Assembly (NCBI GenBank): GCA_003518055.1
Contig: DOZJ01000004.1
Coordinates: 6,073 to 70,072 of the forward strand
DNA length: 64,000 nucleotides
Source: Candidatus Falkowbacteria bacterium
Lineage (GTDB): Bacteria; Patescibacteriota; Patescibacteriia; UBA11705
Direction: 5' to 3'
Shown: in pieces, positions 38,606 to 48,187 of the stretch
Numbering within the stretch: the first letter of the stretch is position 1
How the letters are laid out: each line of letters opens with the position of its first letter
The notes under the pieces: model-generated
Seen by the model: only the letters and a program-made list of their open reading frames with translations
The model's database searches: none
What the model was told of the DNA's origin: nothing
Translations under genes and position numbers: made by a program

Positions 38606-39520
38606 ATGTCCTTCAAAACCCTGCCAGTAAAGAAAATTCGTCCCGAAGCAACATTGCCTATTCGCACTACTGACAATGCGGTTGGCTATGATGTTTTCGC
38701 TTCCACTGCATTCCGTGTTGATCGTGCCGATGATCAAAGAAAAATTCAAGAAGAAATCCCTTTTCCGGTAACGATCAATCCGCATGAAAGTTTTCTTTTT
38801 GGTATTGGCATTGCCATGGCTCTCCCGTGGCCTTATGAATGCCAAGTCCGGTCACGAAGCGGCATCGCAACTTATGATAAAATTCAAATGCTCAATTCAC
38901 CTGGCACGGTTGATCCTGATTTCCGCGGTGAAGCCGGCGTGCTTCTCTTTAACCAAGGGAGCAAGCCTTACTTGGTCCACCCCAACCAAAGAATCGCGCA
39001 GTTGATTTTTTCTAAAGTGGAAATTCCAGACTTGATTGAAACAGATGAATTGCCGGAAACTCGCCGCGCTGAAGGTGGGTTCGGTTCCACCGGCCAATTT
39101 GGCACCGGCCTCGGCACCGAAGAATATCGACGCCGCCAATCGATTATCGATCAACAGTTCATGGCTATGGCGGAAGCGTGCGGCCTCCGTGCCAGAATCA
39201 GCTCCAGTCAAAAATCAAGCGGCTGTGTCATTGTCCATCGCGACAATATCATTGCATTTGGCTGCGAAAATTGCGCCTTATCATTTACTCCAATCAGCTG
39301 TATCCTTGATGCGATTACCAAGGCGGCCAGAGCTGGACATTCGACTCATGACAGCTGCGCCTATGTGACAGCCGATGAGATTTCCATCGTTGATCTGAAT
39401 CTTCTAATTTATTCCGGCATCACTGAAGTTGTATTCCCTGCCGCCACGACTGAAAAAGCCGTCACGCAAAAAATTGTCAAACATTTGTCCAAAGTAAATA
39501 TCGAAGTCCGCTACGCCTAA
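38606..39520 (+). CDS. dut: dUTP diphosphatase fused to a C-terminal degenerate dCMP-deaminase-like domain.
   Basis: All five dUTPase motifs are present (AVGYDV, RSRSG, GTVDPDFRG, QRIAQL, RAEGGFGSTG). Residues 165-304 align to ComEB (QQFMAMAEACGLRARISS...GCVIVHRDNIIAFG against QYFMAQSHLLALRSTCTRLAVGATIVRDKRIIAGG), but the HAE and PCxxC motifs are not evident. Confidence 0.7.
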   Translation: MSFKTLPVKKIRPEATLPIRTTDNAVGYDVFASTAFRVDRADDQRKIQEEIPFPVTINPHESFLFGIGIAMALPWPYECQVRSRSGIATYDKIQMLNSPGTVDPDFRGEAGVLLFNQGSKPYLVHPNQRIAQLIFSKVEIPDLIETDELPETRRAEGGFGSTGQFGTGLGTEEYRRRQSIIDQQFMAMAEACGLRARISSSQKSSGCVIVHRDNIIAFGCENCALSFTPISCILDAITKAARAGHSTHDSCAYVTADEISIVDLNLLIYSGITEVVFPAATTEKAVTQKIVKHLSKVNIEVRYA

Positions 39521-39546
39521 ACACCGTCACAATCGGTGTTTTTTCT
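39521..39546 (+). terminator. Rho-independent terminator after the dut-fusion gene.
   Basis: Stem acaccg/cggtgt with loop tcacaat, then a T6 run. Confidence 0.65.
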
Positions 39547-40095
39547 TCAACTGCGCCTTTCGCAACCGACAGAACCATGTTTTACCGCGTTATATCGAAT
39601 ATAATGACGAATCCGTTCCAATGATTTTTCATCACGAATAATGTGATCATGATATGATCGTTGCCATTTAAAATTTAACCAACCTGATTGATGGATTAAT
39701 TTGGATGCGGCGGATTTAAACGATCCAATTATCACCGGCAATTTTTCATAATTATGATTATTAATTACCACCGGTAAATGTAGGTGCAAGGTATGCCTTG
39801 CACCTACATTTACGTTGCCGGTCCCAATCACATCATCCAAATTTTTAATAAATAAAATACCATGAACATGATCCGGTAATACGTTAAATTCATCTATTTC
39901 CACTATTTCAAAATGTCGCTCTAGCTCCACCCAACATTTTTTCACCCATTCTCCGTATTGATTTAGTTTCATTTCTCCCTCGATAATTCTACCCAAATCA
40001 AAACTCCCGCGCCTCACTTTGATCGTCACAAAATAATAACCATATCGGCCGTAATTCCAACCGTCCAAACGCCTTGATTTATATTCATTAAACAT
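39547..40095 (-). mobile_element. tnpA: IS200/IS605-family (HuH Y1, RAYT-like) transposase TnpA gene.
   Basis: YYFVTIKVRR; HuH motif LPDHVHGILFI; C-terminal SYHDHIIRDE...YIRYNAVKHG. It carries an unusual insert of about 30 aa between the HuH motif and the IIGSFKS helix. Confidence 0.65.
39774..39813. repeat. A perfect 18-bp inverted repeat (gtaaatgtaggtgcaagg / ccttgcacctacatttac) with a 4-nt loop, lying inside the tnpA coding sequence.
   Basis: Read directly from the sequence. It maps onto the extra GNVNVGARHTLHLHLP segment of TnpA. Confidence 0.85.
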
Positions 40096-40126
40096 ATATT
40101 ATATTATAACTGTTTTTTTGTAATTA

Positions 40127-41065
40127 ATGATTAAAAATGCTAAACTTATCCATATGACAAACTTTTTTATTCGGCAGAAATTCATCGATGAACGCCTCGA
40201 CAAATATTTGGTGGCGCGGCTGCGTCTCTCACGCAATCAAGTCCAAAAATTAATTAAGCAGCATCAAATAACCGTTAATGACCGCCTTCCCAGCGTCCAT
40301 CAATTTTTACGCTCCGGCGACAAAATTTCCATCAACCAACCCGCGACGGCCCAAACCGATAACAGCGTCAAAACCGTTCCCAAAATTATCAAAACGACCG
40401 CCGACTATTACATCATCAATAAACCAGCGGGATTACTGGTTCATCCAACCGCTAAAGGCGAAACCGATACGCTGCTTGATTGGCTGCTTGCCTTTGATCC
40501 CAAATTAAAAACCGTCGGCGACGACCCCAACCGCCCGGCGCTCATTCATCGTTTGGACAAAGAAGTTTCCGGTCTGATGATTATTCCCCGCCACTTGGAT
40601 GCGTTTGACCATTTCAAAAAATTATTCAAAACTCGCGCCATTCACAAAACCTACGTCGCTCTGGTCCACGGCACCATCGCCGCCGAATCCGGTATTATTA
40701 ACTTCCCCATAACGCGGTCAAAATCAGGTTTATATGTCGCTTCACCGCAAAATTCCGCCACCGGCCAATCCGCCGAAACCAGATTCAAAGTGACCAAACG
40801 GTTTGATCACCACACGCTACTCGAAATCAACCCCAAAACCGGCCGCACCAACCAAATCCGCGTTCATCTCAATGCCATTGATCATCCGATTGTCGGCGAC
40901 CCGCTTTATACCAACGCCAAAATCAAACCTCAATACAATTTCAATCTCGACCGCGTATTTCTCCACGCCGCCGAATTGAATTTTGTCGATCTTAATCAAC
41001 AATCAGTATCTGTAAAATCAACTTTGCCTAAAAACCTTCAAACCATTCTTGAATCACTCGATTAG
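40127..41065 (+). CDS. rluD: 23S rRNA pseudouridine synthase (RluA family, RluD-like), with an S4 domain.
   Basis: S4 domain RLDKYLVARL; HRLDKEVSGLMII (catalytic Asp); GRTNQIRVHL. Confidence 0.85.
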   Translation: MIKNAKLIHMTNFFIRQKFIDERLDKYLVARLRLSRNQVQKLIKQHQITVNDRLPSVHQFLRSGDKISINQPATAQTDNSVKTVPKIIKTTADYYIINKPAGLLVHPTAKGETDTLLDWLLAFDPKLKTVGDDPNRPALIHRLDKEVSGLMIIPRHLDAFDHFKKLFKTRAIHKTYVALVHGTIAAESGIINFPITRSKSGLYVASPQNSATGQSAETRFKVTKRFDHHTLLEINPKTGRTNQIRVHLNAIDHPIVGDPLYTNAKIKPQYNFNLDRVFLHAAELNFVDLNQQSVSVKSTLPKNLQTILESLD

Positions 41066-41066
41066 T

Positions 41067-41885
41067 ATGGCTTTTAATTTTCACAACCAACCGATCCAGA
41101 CAATCTATGAACCGACACCGGACCGAACCCGCGATCTGACGGAATTTGCTGTCTTAGTCAACACTCAACTGGATTCAATCCTCCAAACCAGCCACCTGCC
41201 ATACACCGTCTCCGGAGAAAAAAAACCAATCACCATTTCCATTCAATTCACTCATTTTTTGGGACCTGACGAATCCAAAGTTGTCACACCGCCGTCAAAA
41301 TTAAAATCGCCGCAAACCATTACAATCACCATTGAAATTGATCGCGCCAACCGCTTTCGTCATCTTCGGACATCCGAAACGAGTAAACTGCTCGAAGATA
41401 CACTGGCTTTCGGCCTTTCCAATTTAACTGTCCGACAAAAATTAACCGCCGCCACCACCGCCGGTGATGAGCAAACAATCGCCAAAATAATTTACACTCT
41501 GCTTGATAAAAGTTTTGCCACCAAACAGCTGCGCAAAAGCGACCAGTGCCGAACCAAAGACGATCTGGGTGTTTATCTGTCCAACTCCATTTTCAAAACC
41601 CTTGACGCGCCGCAACTCAAAACATTTCTCACTTATCTGATCAAAAATATTTTGGCCCAAACCGCCGTGGCCGCTCGTCAAACCGAGATCTCAGATGACG
41701 GGCTGGCTCAAATTTTATCTTCTCAATTTGATCATCTTGTCGCGCTAGAATTCAACCGGACATTTGATCCGGAAATAAAAACCTCCGTCGGCCGCTATCT
41801 CGTTGACAAAACCGCAGACGTCGCCGCCCGCGGCGCCATGTTTGAAGCCTTGAAACAACAAATTATCAACGATCTAGTTTCTTGA
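41067..41885 (+). CDS. Hypothetical protein.
   Basis: The ORF sits in the operon between rluD and the CCA-adding enzyme gene. It shares the LT-x-LIKN motif with the next ORF. Confidence 0.4.
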   Translation: MAFNFHNQPIQTIYEPTPDRTRDLTEFAVLVNTQLDSILQTSHLPYTVSGEKKPITISIQFTHFLGPDESKVVTPPSKLKSPQTITITIEIDRANRFRHLRTSETSKLLEDTLAFGLSNLTVRQKLTAATTAGDEQTIAKIIYTLLDKSFATKQLRKSDQCRTKDDLGVYLSNSIFKTLDAPQLKTFLTYLIKNILAQTAVAARQTEISDDGLAQILSSQFDHLVALEFNRTFDPEIKTSVGRYLVDKTADVAARGAMFEALKQQIINDLVS

Positions 41886-42916
41886 ATAATTTTTTCGCCA
41901 TGTCCAAATTCATCAAACCAATCAATCAACTCGAGTTCTGGCGCGGTGACCAAACCCTGCCGCCCGGGCACAAACTCCAATGGCACGACCGCAAATTGGT
42001 CGCCCTTGATGTTGGTTCGGAATTCCAGCAATTCCTCGCCGAATTGAAAGAAACCAACAAAATTTTAAACCGCCTTTTTGAGGCGAAACTTCAAGCCGCT
42101 GGTCTGCCCTTTAGCACCAAACCCGACAAAGAGATTTTCCAGCTGACCCTGCGATTTGCGCCGCCATATACCAGTCCGTTTGAACAAACTAAAAGTGAAC
42201 TTGAAGCTAAAGCCGCCAAAGGCGAACGTTATTCCCCCAGCGCCGACGAAATAATTTTTTATCTGCATGTAGATGAAGACCAACAGTTCCACGGTGCCCG
42301 AACTGTAGCCTATGATGCTCTGAGACTTGGTGCCATAACGGACAGCCTGACGAACCAAGGAATAAATTCCTTTCACCTTGATGCCGCATTAACCGCTCTC
42401 ATAAAAAATCAGGACGTAAGCGGTATCACCGATTTATTGATCAAGAGACTCCAAAAATCCGGTGAGGTTAAAAACATTTTGGCTTATACCGACGTTTCAA
42501 CCGTTGAGGAAGCGCGAGTTAATTTTGCTCAACCATATTTTAGCAACTTCAATCGGACCATTTACCGCAATTTCGCTGAAGCCATGTTGCTTAAAATTCT
42601 CAGACACGAAATTGATTCATACATCACCGAGCCCTCCCTCACCCCCAAGGAAAAAGAAGCCACCGCCGCGCAACAAAAAAACCGTCTCTTGGAGATTATC
42701 CTGGAGTTTACAAAAATAAAAATCGGCAGTTACCACCCCATCGATATGGAAACAATTTTAAGCCCGAATATATCTCTCAAAAATCTTGATCTTGACAAAC
42801 TCTCAGCGGAAGATATCGAACACTATGTTAATATCCAAACTCGTGCTTATTATTATTCATTGATCAAACGTGCAGAAGATGAAGCCAAAAGTCAGCGTTC
42901 AGCGCCCAAAAAATAA
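41882..42916 (+). CDS. Hypothetical protein, a distant paralog of the preceding ORF.
   Basis: Four-base overlap with the previous gene. No recognisable catalytic motif. Confidence 0.4.
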   Translation: MNNFFAMSKFIKPINQLEFWRGDQTLPPGHKLQWHDRKLVALDVGSEFQQFLAELKETNKILNRLFEAKLQAAGLPFSTKPDKEIFQLTLRFAPPYTSPFEQTKSELEAKAAKGERYSPSADEIIFYLHVDEDQQFHGARTVAYDALRLGAITDSLTNQGINSFHLDAALTALIKNQDVSGITDLLIKRLQKSGEVKNILAYTDVSTVEEARVNFAQPYFSNFNRTIYRNFAEAMLLKILRHEIDSYITEPSLTPKEKEATAAQQKNRLLEIILEFTKIKIGSYHPIDMETILSPNISLKNLDLDKLSAEDIEHYVNIQTRAYYYSLIKRAEDEAKSQRSAPKK

Positions 42917-42921
42917 CCTTT

Positions 42922-44409
42922 ATGGAACATCGGCTTGAACATCAAGACCAAAACCCAATTAAAGACCGCTTCAAACAAAAAATTGAGAGCGAGCCTAATC
43001 TTGAATTTATCGATCAACTGTTCGAAATGTTCCCCGCCGCTAAAATTTATCTTGTAGGCGGAATTGTTCGAGATACCTTAATCGGTGAACACGTCAAATC
43101 AAAAGATTATGATTTTATCATCTGCGGGGTTCCCCATCAAGAGCTCGAAGCCGCGATGACCAAACTCGGCCAATGGACCTTTGCCGGTAAAAATTTCGGC
43201 GTCTACAAATTTCGGCCGTATAATTTTACTTTAAAACACGAATTTGACATTGCTCTCCCCAGAACCGAAAAAGCTCGCGGCACCGGCCGCCGCGCCGACG
43301 TCGATGTCCAATCCGACCACACCATGAAGGTCGAGGATGATCTCGGCCGCCGCGATTTAACCATCAACGCTATGGCCTGGGATCTAAGAAATCACACGTT
43401 GATTGATCCTTTTCACGGCCGCCAAGATTTACGCGACCGCAAAATTCGCTCTGTTGGCAATCCATTCGATCGTTTTACCGAAGATCGATCCCGAATGCTG
43501 AGGGCTATCCGCTTTGCCTGTAAATTTAATTTTGCCCTTGATCCTTTGACCTACGACGCTATTGAATCTTTCATGCCTCGCATCAACGATGCCGAGCTTA
43601 ATCCGGAAACCAATAAAGTCGAAAAAATCACACCGATGGAAACCGTCAAAACCGAAATTTTTAAAACCTTGGCCGCCGACCCGTCAAAAGCCTTTCGGCT
43701 ACTAGAAAAAACCGGCGCTTGGCGGGCTATATTACCTGAATTGGATATTCTGAGAAACAACCCTGAAATATGGAAACAACTGAAAACTTCACTGGAAATT
43801 TTATCCAAAGAAAATTTGGAAGCTGAGCTGGCCGAAGAATACACCCTCGATGTTTCCACTTTTCACAAATCCGGTGACTTTGTTTTTGCCGTCATTTTAT
43901 ATTATCTCAAATTAGCCCTGCCTCCACAGGTTGAAGCTAACACCAAAAAGGCTACTCGTCGAGACAACCCCATCAATCAAATTTATCATCGCTTTGTTCT
44001 GACCAATCCGGAAAAAAACAAAGCTTCATGGTTAATCGATAACATTGACGTCTTTACCACCGGTCTACCCACCAACTGGGCTGACCAAGAAAAACTTTTA
44101 GCGCACCAACACACCGCCGACGCTCTCGCTCTGGCCCTAATCATTCACCAAACCGACGATCAACTCGATGATCACCTGCGATATGAAAATCAAAAAGACG
44201 CTATCAATGCCTTTGGTCAACTTTTTGCTGCAACCGGTGAACTGCCACCACCACTTCTAAACGGCCGAGACATTTTACAAGAACTCAACATGGATAAAGG
44301 CGGACCGATTGTGGCGGAAATCCAAAAAAAATTGCGTCATTTACAGTTATCAGGCAGAATCAAAGATAAAAAGACCGCTATCGAGTGGCTTAAAACTCAT
44401 TCATTATGA
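42922..44409 (+). CDS. tRNA nucleotidyltransferase / poly(A) polymerase family (CCA- or A-adding enzyme).
   Basis: Head-domain motifs IYLVGGIVRDTLIG..DYDF and RRDLTINAMAWD. Confidence 0.75.
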   Translation: MEHRLEHQDQNPIKDRFKQKIESEPNLEFIDQLFEMFPAAKIYLVGGIVRDTLIGEHVKSKDYDFIICGVPHQELEAAMTKLGQWTFAGKNFGVYKFRPYNFTLKHEFDIALPRTEKARGTGRRADVDVQSDHTMKVEDDLGRRDLTINAMAWDLRNHTLIDPFHGRQDLRDRKIRSVGNPFDRFTEDRSRMLRAIRFACKFNFALDPLTYDAIESFMPRINDAELNPETNKVEKITPMETVKTEIFKTLAADPSKAFRLLEKTGAWRAILPELDILRNNPEIWKQLKTSLEILSKENLEAELAEEYTLDVSTFHKSGDFVFAVILYYLKLALPPQVEANTKKATRRDNPINQIYHRFVLTNPEKNKASWLIDNIDVFTTGLPTNWADQEKLLAHQHTADALALALIIHQTDDQLDDHLRYENQKDAINAFGQLFAATGELPPPLLNGRDILQELNMDKGGPIVAEIQKKLRHLQLSGRIKDKKTAIEWLKTHSL

Positions 44410-45011
44410 AAAAAAATTACAAATCCGGCTTTATTGTTGTCATCGCCGGCCCGACCGGAGTCGGTGAATCAACGGTTACCAAAGCCTTGATCAAACTTTA
44501 TCCCAACGCTATTAGATTGGTTACAACCACATCAAGACCAAAACGCCTGAATGAACAGAATCATATCGATTACCACTTTCTATCAAAATCCCAATTTGAA
44601 AAAAACATTCAGGCCGGCCAATTTTTAGAATGGACCTACATCAAAAAACGAGATGTTTATTATGGTACCAAATTGGCTGATTACACCAAACTTCTAAATC
44701 AAGGTAAAATGATTTTTTTCAATTGTGATGCCAAAGGTCTTCAAGCCGTTCGTAAACAATTTCCCCAACAAAATGTTTCATTTTTTATCACCTACAAATC
44801 AATCAATGACAACCGCCGAAGATTGCTTCATCGCGAGCCCAATATTACGCCTGAAGAATTAAATAAACGAATAGAATACGCTACCTTTGAAGTTCTTCAT
44901 GAAAAAAAATACTACGATCGTGTAATTGTTAATTACATGGGAAAACTGCCTGAAACCGTCAAAAAAGCCAAAACAATCATTGATCATGCCCTAAAACAAG
45001 CCAACTCTTGA
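44406..45011 (+). CDS. gmk: Guanylate kinase.
   Basis: P-loop GPTGVGEST; TTSRPKRLNEQNHIDYHF; YYGT. Confidence 0.75.
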   Translation: MKKNYKSGFIVVIAGPTGVGESTVTKALIKLYPNAIRLVTTTSRPKRLNEQNHIDYHFLSKSQFEKNIQAGQFLEWTYIKKRDVYYGTKLADYTKLLNQGKMIFFNCDAKGLQAVRKQFPQQNVSFFITYKSINDNRRRLLHREPNITPEELNKRIEYATFEVLHEKKYYDRVIVNYMGKLPETVKKAKTIIDHALKQANS

Positions 45012-45145
45012 CATTTTTCCCACGATCAGTTATTATAAAGCCACATAATTACCATAAAAAAGCTAGAAAGCTAGAAAGCAAGATAAGTTAAACATCGCAC
45101 TACTTATCTCGCTTATTTCACTTATAACTTATCTCGCTTATAAAT

Positions 45146-45496
45146 ATGTCTGAAGAAAAAACCTCTACCGTCATCAAAGAACCTAAACTTTACCCTGACG
45201 TTGCCGCCGGCTGCGTGGTTCGCGTGCATGAAAAAATCACCGAAACCAACGCCAAAGGCGAAGAAAAGCAGCGTGTCCAGGTATTTGAAGGAATGGTAAT
45301 TCAAAGAAAACACGGCAAAGGCATCACCGCCACGATCACCGTCCGCAAAGAATCTGACGGTATCGGCGTGGAAAAAATTTATCCGCTGAGCGCCCCGATT
45401 GTGGAAAAAATCGAAGTGGTCAAACGCTTCAAAGTCCGCCGCGCCAATCTTTCATACCTCCGCAATTACTTCAAACGACTCAAAGAAATCAAATAA
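45146..45496 (+). CDS. rplS: 50S ribosomal protein L19.
   Basis: VQVFEGMVIQRKHGKGITATITVRKESDGIGVEKIYPLSAP...RRANLSYLR. Confidence 0.9.
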   Translation: MSEEKTSTVIKEPKLYPDVAAGCVVRVHEKITETNAKGEEKQRVQVFEGMVIQRKHGKGITATITVRKESDGIGVEKIYPLSAPIVEKIEVVKRFKVRRANLSYLRNYFKRLKEIK

Positions 45497-45508
45497 TTCT
45501 TGCATCAT

Positions 45509-45537
45509 AAAACTGGCTTTCCGCCAGTTTTTGTTTT
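45509..45537 (+). terminator. Rho-independent terminator after rplS.
   Basis: Stem aaactggc/gccagttt with loop tttcc, then ttgtttt. Confidence 0.6.
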
Positions 45538-45585
45538 GGGTCTATTAACAATCTCCCCTAACTTAAACCTGGTAGCCCAGCCCGA

Positions 45586-45730
45586 CTCCCGCCCTAAAAG
45601 ACGGGAAAAATTCTCTTCCCCGCGGCTTTCTTGACTGCCGAAGCTTCAGCGCAGGCAGTAGCCCGGGAGCTCAACTCGGCCTCCCGCCCTAAAGGACGGG
45701 AATAATTCACTTCCCCACGGCTTTCTTGAC
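45586..45730. repeat. Two imperfect 50-bp direct repeats, 95 bp apart. Each carries a small hairpin (tcccgcc...gacggga) and ends in ggctttcttgac.
   Basis: Copy 1 at about 45586-45635 and copy 2 at about 45681-45730. They are roughly 90% identical. Confidence 0.7.
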
Positions 45731-45788
45731 CAACAAATCATTTTTTCAAAAACAATAAAAAACAGTGGTTTTCACTGTTTATTGCGAC

Positions 45789-46046
45789 TTATCGCCGCTC
45801 AAAAAACTTCTCACTATCGCCTTCACACTGATCAGTTCGAACGTTAATAACCAAATACTCATTTCCATATGACAGCTTTACCTGATGATCGCTGATCCAT
45901 TCCATCCCGACAAACGGCACATCCGGCCGCACTCGCTGAGCCACCTGAACCCCTGCCGTCAAACATTGTACACAAAGATTCGCGTCTCCGAGAACCATGA
46001 CATCGTCTTTTTCTTGACCACAGCCATGCTCGCATCGCATATCCAC
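45789..46046 (-). CDS. Small Cys-rich hypothetical protein (possible zinc ribbon).
   Basis: CEHGCGQ...CVQC pairs; ORF only. Confidence 0.3.
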   Translation of the reverse strand: MDMRCEHGCGQEKDDVMVLGDANLCVQCLTAGVQVAQRVRPDVPFVGMEWISDHQVKLSYGNEYLVINVRTDQCEGDSEKFFERR

Positions 46047-46125
46047 CTCCTTTGTGGGTTAAAGCAATATCACCTCAATCTAACATGACAAACAAATCCT
46101 GTCAAATGTCAACATTGAAGAATAC

Positions 46126-46950
46126 TTATAACTTCCCTCTCGCTTGAACCAACTTCATTATCTTTTCCAATTCGTAAGATGTCTCCCATGGAAATAAATT
46201 TTGTTCATGCTGACCACGGTTCACCTCACTTTTAAAATACGTTCCCACAATAACACCATCGACGTCATAATCATGAACATTATCAGGAGTAATACCACTT
46301 CCCAATAACACCGGCAGTTCCCCAGCCACCGACTTTACTTCAGACACATCTTGAACCGTCGGCGCGTCCCCTGTCCACTTACCCGTGACAATCAGAGCAT
46401 CGGCCCCTTTTTCTTCCGCTTCAGCCGCCGCCTCCGCAATCGGCCGCTTAATCAGATGCTCGGCATGCTTGACTTGAATATCCGCCAAAATTAAAACCTC
46501 ATCTGCCGCGATCTGTTTTCTATATTCCAAACATTCCTTCGCCTTTGGTTCAAACACTCCGTATTCTGTTTTAACTCGATCAACAAATACCGGCACTCTG
46601 ACAAACTGAAAATTATATTTTTTCGCTATTCTCAATGCGTTTTCATAATCATTCCATAGTAGAGAAATCCCTAAAGGCAACTTTGTTTTTTCTCTTAACA
46701 ATTCACATAAATATTCAAAATCTTGAATCGTAGACATCAAAACTTTTTCATAATGCGGCACATCATAATTATTTTCAATCATCACGCCATCGACGCCGCC
46801 TTTTTCCAACGCTTCCAAATCTGCAGACATTTTTTCTTTCAACCGATCCAGTCCCGGATAACCGGCATAGCCTGACATTGGGCCGAGATGGATCATACCA
46901 ATAATAAACGGCTTCAATTTTTTCTTAAATAATTTGCTTAATTTATTCAT
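46126..46950 (-). CDS. BtpA/SgcQ-family predicted TIM-barrel protein.
   Basis: FIIGMIHLGPMSGYAGYPG matches the BtpA family N-terminal signature. Confidence 0.55.
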   Translation of the reverse strand: MNKLSKLFKKKLKPFIIGMIHLGPMSGYAGYPGLDRLKEKMSADLEALEKGGVDGVMIENNYDVPHYEKVLMSTIQDFEYLCELLREKTKLPLGISLLWNDYENALRIAKKYNFQFVRVPVFVDRVKTEYGVFEPKAKECLEYRKQIAADEVLILADIQVKHAEHLIKRPIAEAAAEAEEKGADALIVTGKWTGDAPTVQDVSEVKSVAGELPVLLGSGITPDNVHDYDVDGVIVGTYFKSEVNRGQHEQNLFPWETSYELEKIMKLVQARGKL

Positions 46951-46999
46951 ATATCAATATTGTAAATGAAAATAAAAAAAAGAGCTAGTATTTACCAGC

Positions 47000-48187
47000 T
47001 CATTTACCGGACATCTTCTTGGGCATGAATTGCTGAATTTTTTGCATCAATTCATAAGGCTGCCCACTCATCAAACATTCCATACTCAGTTTAAACCCCT
47101 CCTCAAAAGTTGCCGCCTTTTCTGCGAGCCATAACAATACCGCCGCGTTTGCCACCACCAAATCACGAGCCGCCCCCTGAATATCTCCCTTGAGCAAAGC
47201 TAATGAAAATTGACCCTTATCACCAATCGGCGTAATCGCGTCAGCATCAATCGGGTCCAAACCAAAATCTCGTGCTTCCAACTCATATTCATGAATTTTT
47301 CCATGACGCAATTCCGCCACCATGGTTCCACCAGCGCATACTGATACTTCATCCATTCCCCGATAATGATGTTTATCGATAAAACCACGAACCACCAATA
47401 CTCGTTCAAAAAAAGTCACTCCCCTTTCATTTAATACCTGCAGGGCTTCGGCCACCACTCTGGGTTTCACCAAATGATTAACACCGATCACCCTTCGAGT
47501 CATGATTCTTGGATCAATCGGATTAGTAATGGGTCCAATAATATCATTCATGTGGGGCAGTTGCGCGATTTCATGAGTCTGCAGGTGTATTACTTTGTAA
47601 TTCGTATCAAGCGCTTCAGTATAGCCAAAACCAAATTGTTCAATCGCTAACTCAACTTCATTGCGCTTGCTGTACTCATTGATATTACAAATTAAAGCTA
47701 CAAAATCTGAACTGCCGTAACGACCTTGATCAGCGTTGGCCGGAGATCCATGTTTTCCCATGGAGATTCCCATCGCCGCCGCAATAAATGCCGCCACCGT
47801 ACTGACGTTCGGAGTCACCACCAAATCTCCACCCATGCCGCAATTATCCATTACCATCGATACCTTGGGAGTCAAAAATCCGTAACGTGACCTTCTAATA
47901 TCAGCTTCAAATATCGCTGCGCACACCCCCGCAATCTGCTCCGCCGCATTGGCTGGCAGCCGATGGCCGTGCAAATCTTCCGCTTTCTGCGACCTGACCC
48001 ATTTATAAGTCGCGTAATTATGAAGCGCGCTCAATGCCGCCACGCTCTGAATCTGAGCCAAACGATTCCCATTACATCCTTGTAGTGCATACAACCCCAA
48101 GGCATATGCCTCTTCATACGTTAACGGAATATTCTGATACGCATGATTTTTCAACACATGCTTGATGTTCACGTTCTCCATTGCCAT
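47000..48187 (-). CDS. Anthranilate phosphoribosyltransferase-like (TrpD / glycosyltransferase family 3) protein.
   Basis: MDNCGMGGDLVVTPNVSTVAAFIAAAMGISMGKHGS compared with the TrpD segment DTCGTGGDG..T.NIST..A.V.AA.G..V.KHGN. Confidence 0.6.
   Translation of the reverse strand: MAMENVNIKHVLKNHAYQNIPLTYEEAYALGLYALQGCNGNRLAQIQSVAALSALHNYATYKWVRSQKAEDLHGHRLPANAAEQIAGVCAAIFEADIRRSRYGFLTPKVSMVMDNCGMGGDLVVTPNVSTVAAFIAAAMGISMGKHGSPANADQGRYGSSDFVALICNINEYSKRNEVELAIEQFGFGYTEALDTNYKVIHLQTHEIAQLPHMNDIIGPITNPIDPRIMTRRVIGVNHLVKPRVVAEALQVLNERGVTFFERVLVVRGFIDKHHYRGMDEVSVCAGGTMVAELRHGKIHEYELEARDFGLDPIDADAITPIGDKGQFSLALLKGDIQGAARDLVVANAAVLLWLAEKAATFEEGFKLSMECLMSGQPYELMQKIQQFMPKKMSGK

Noticed and set aside
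42922-44409. Reading the nucleotidyltransferase plus two unknown upstream ORFs as a CBASS- or cGAS-like defence operon.
   Set aside because: The NTase carries the poly(A) polymerase/CCA-enzyme head motifs (GGxVRD, RRDLTINA). The context (rluD, gmk) is housekeeping.
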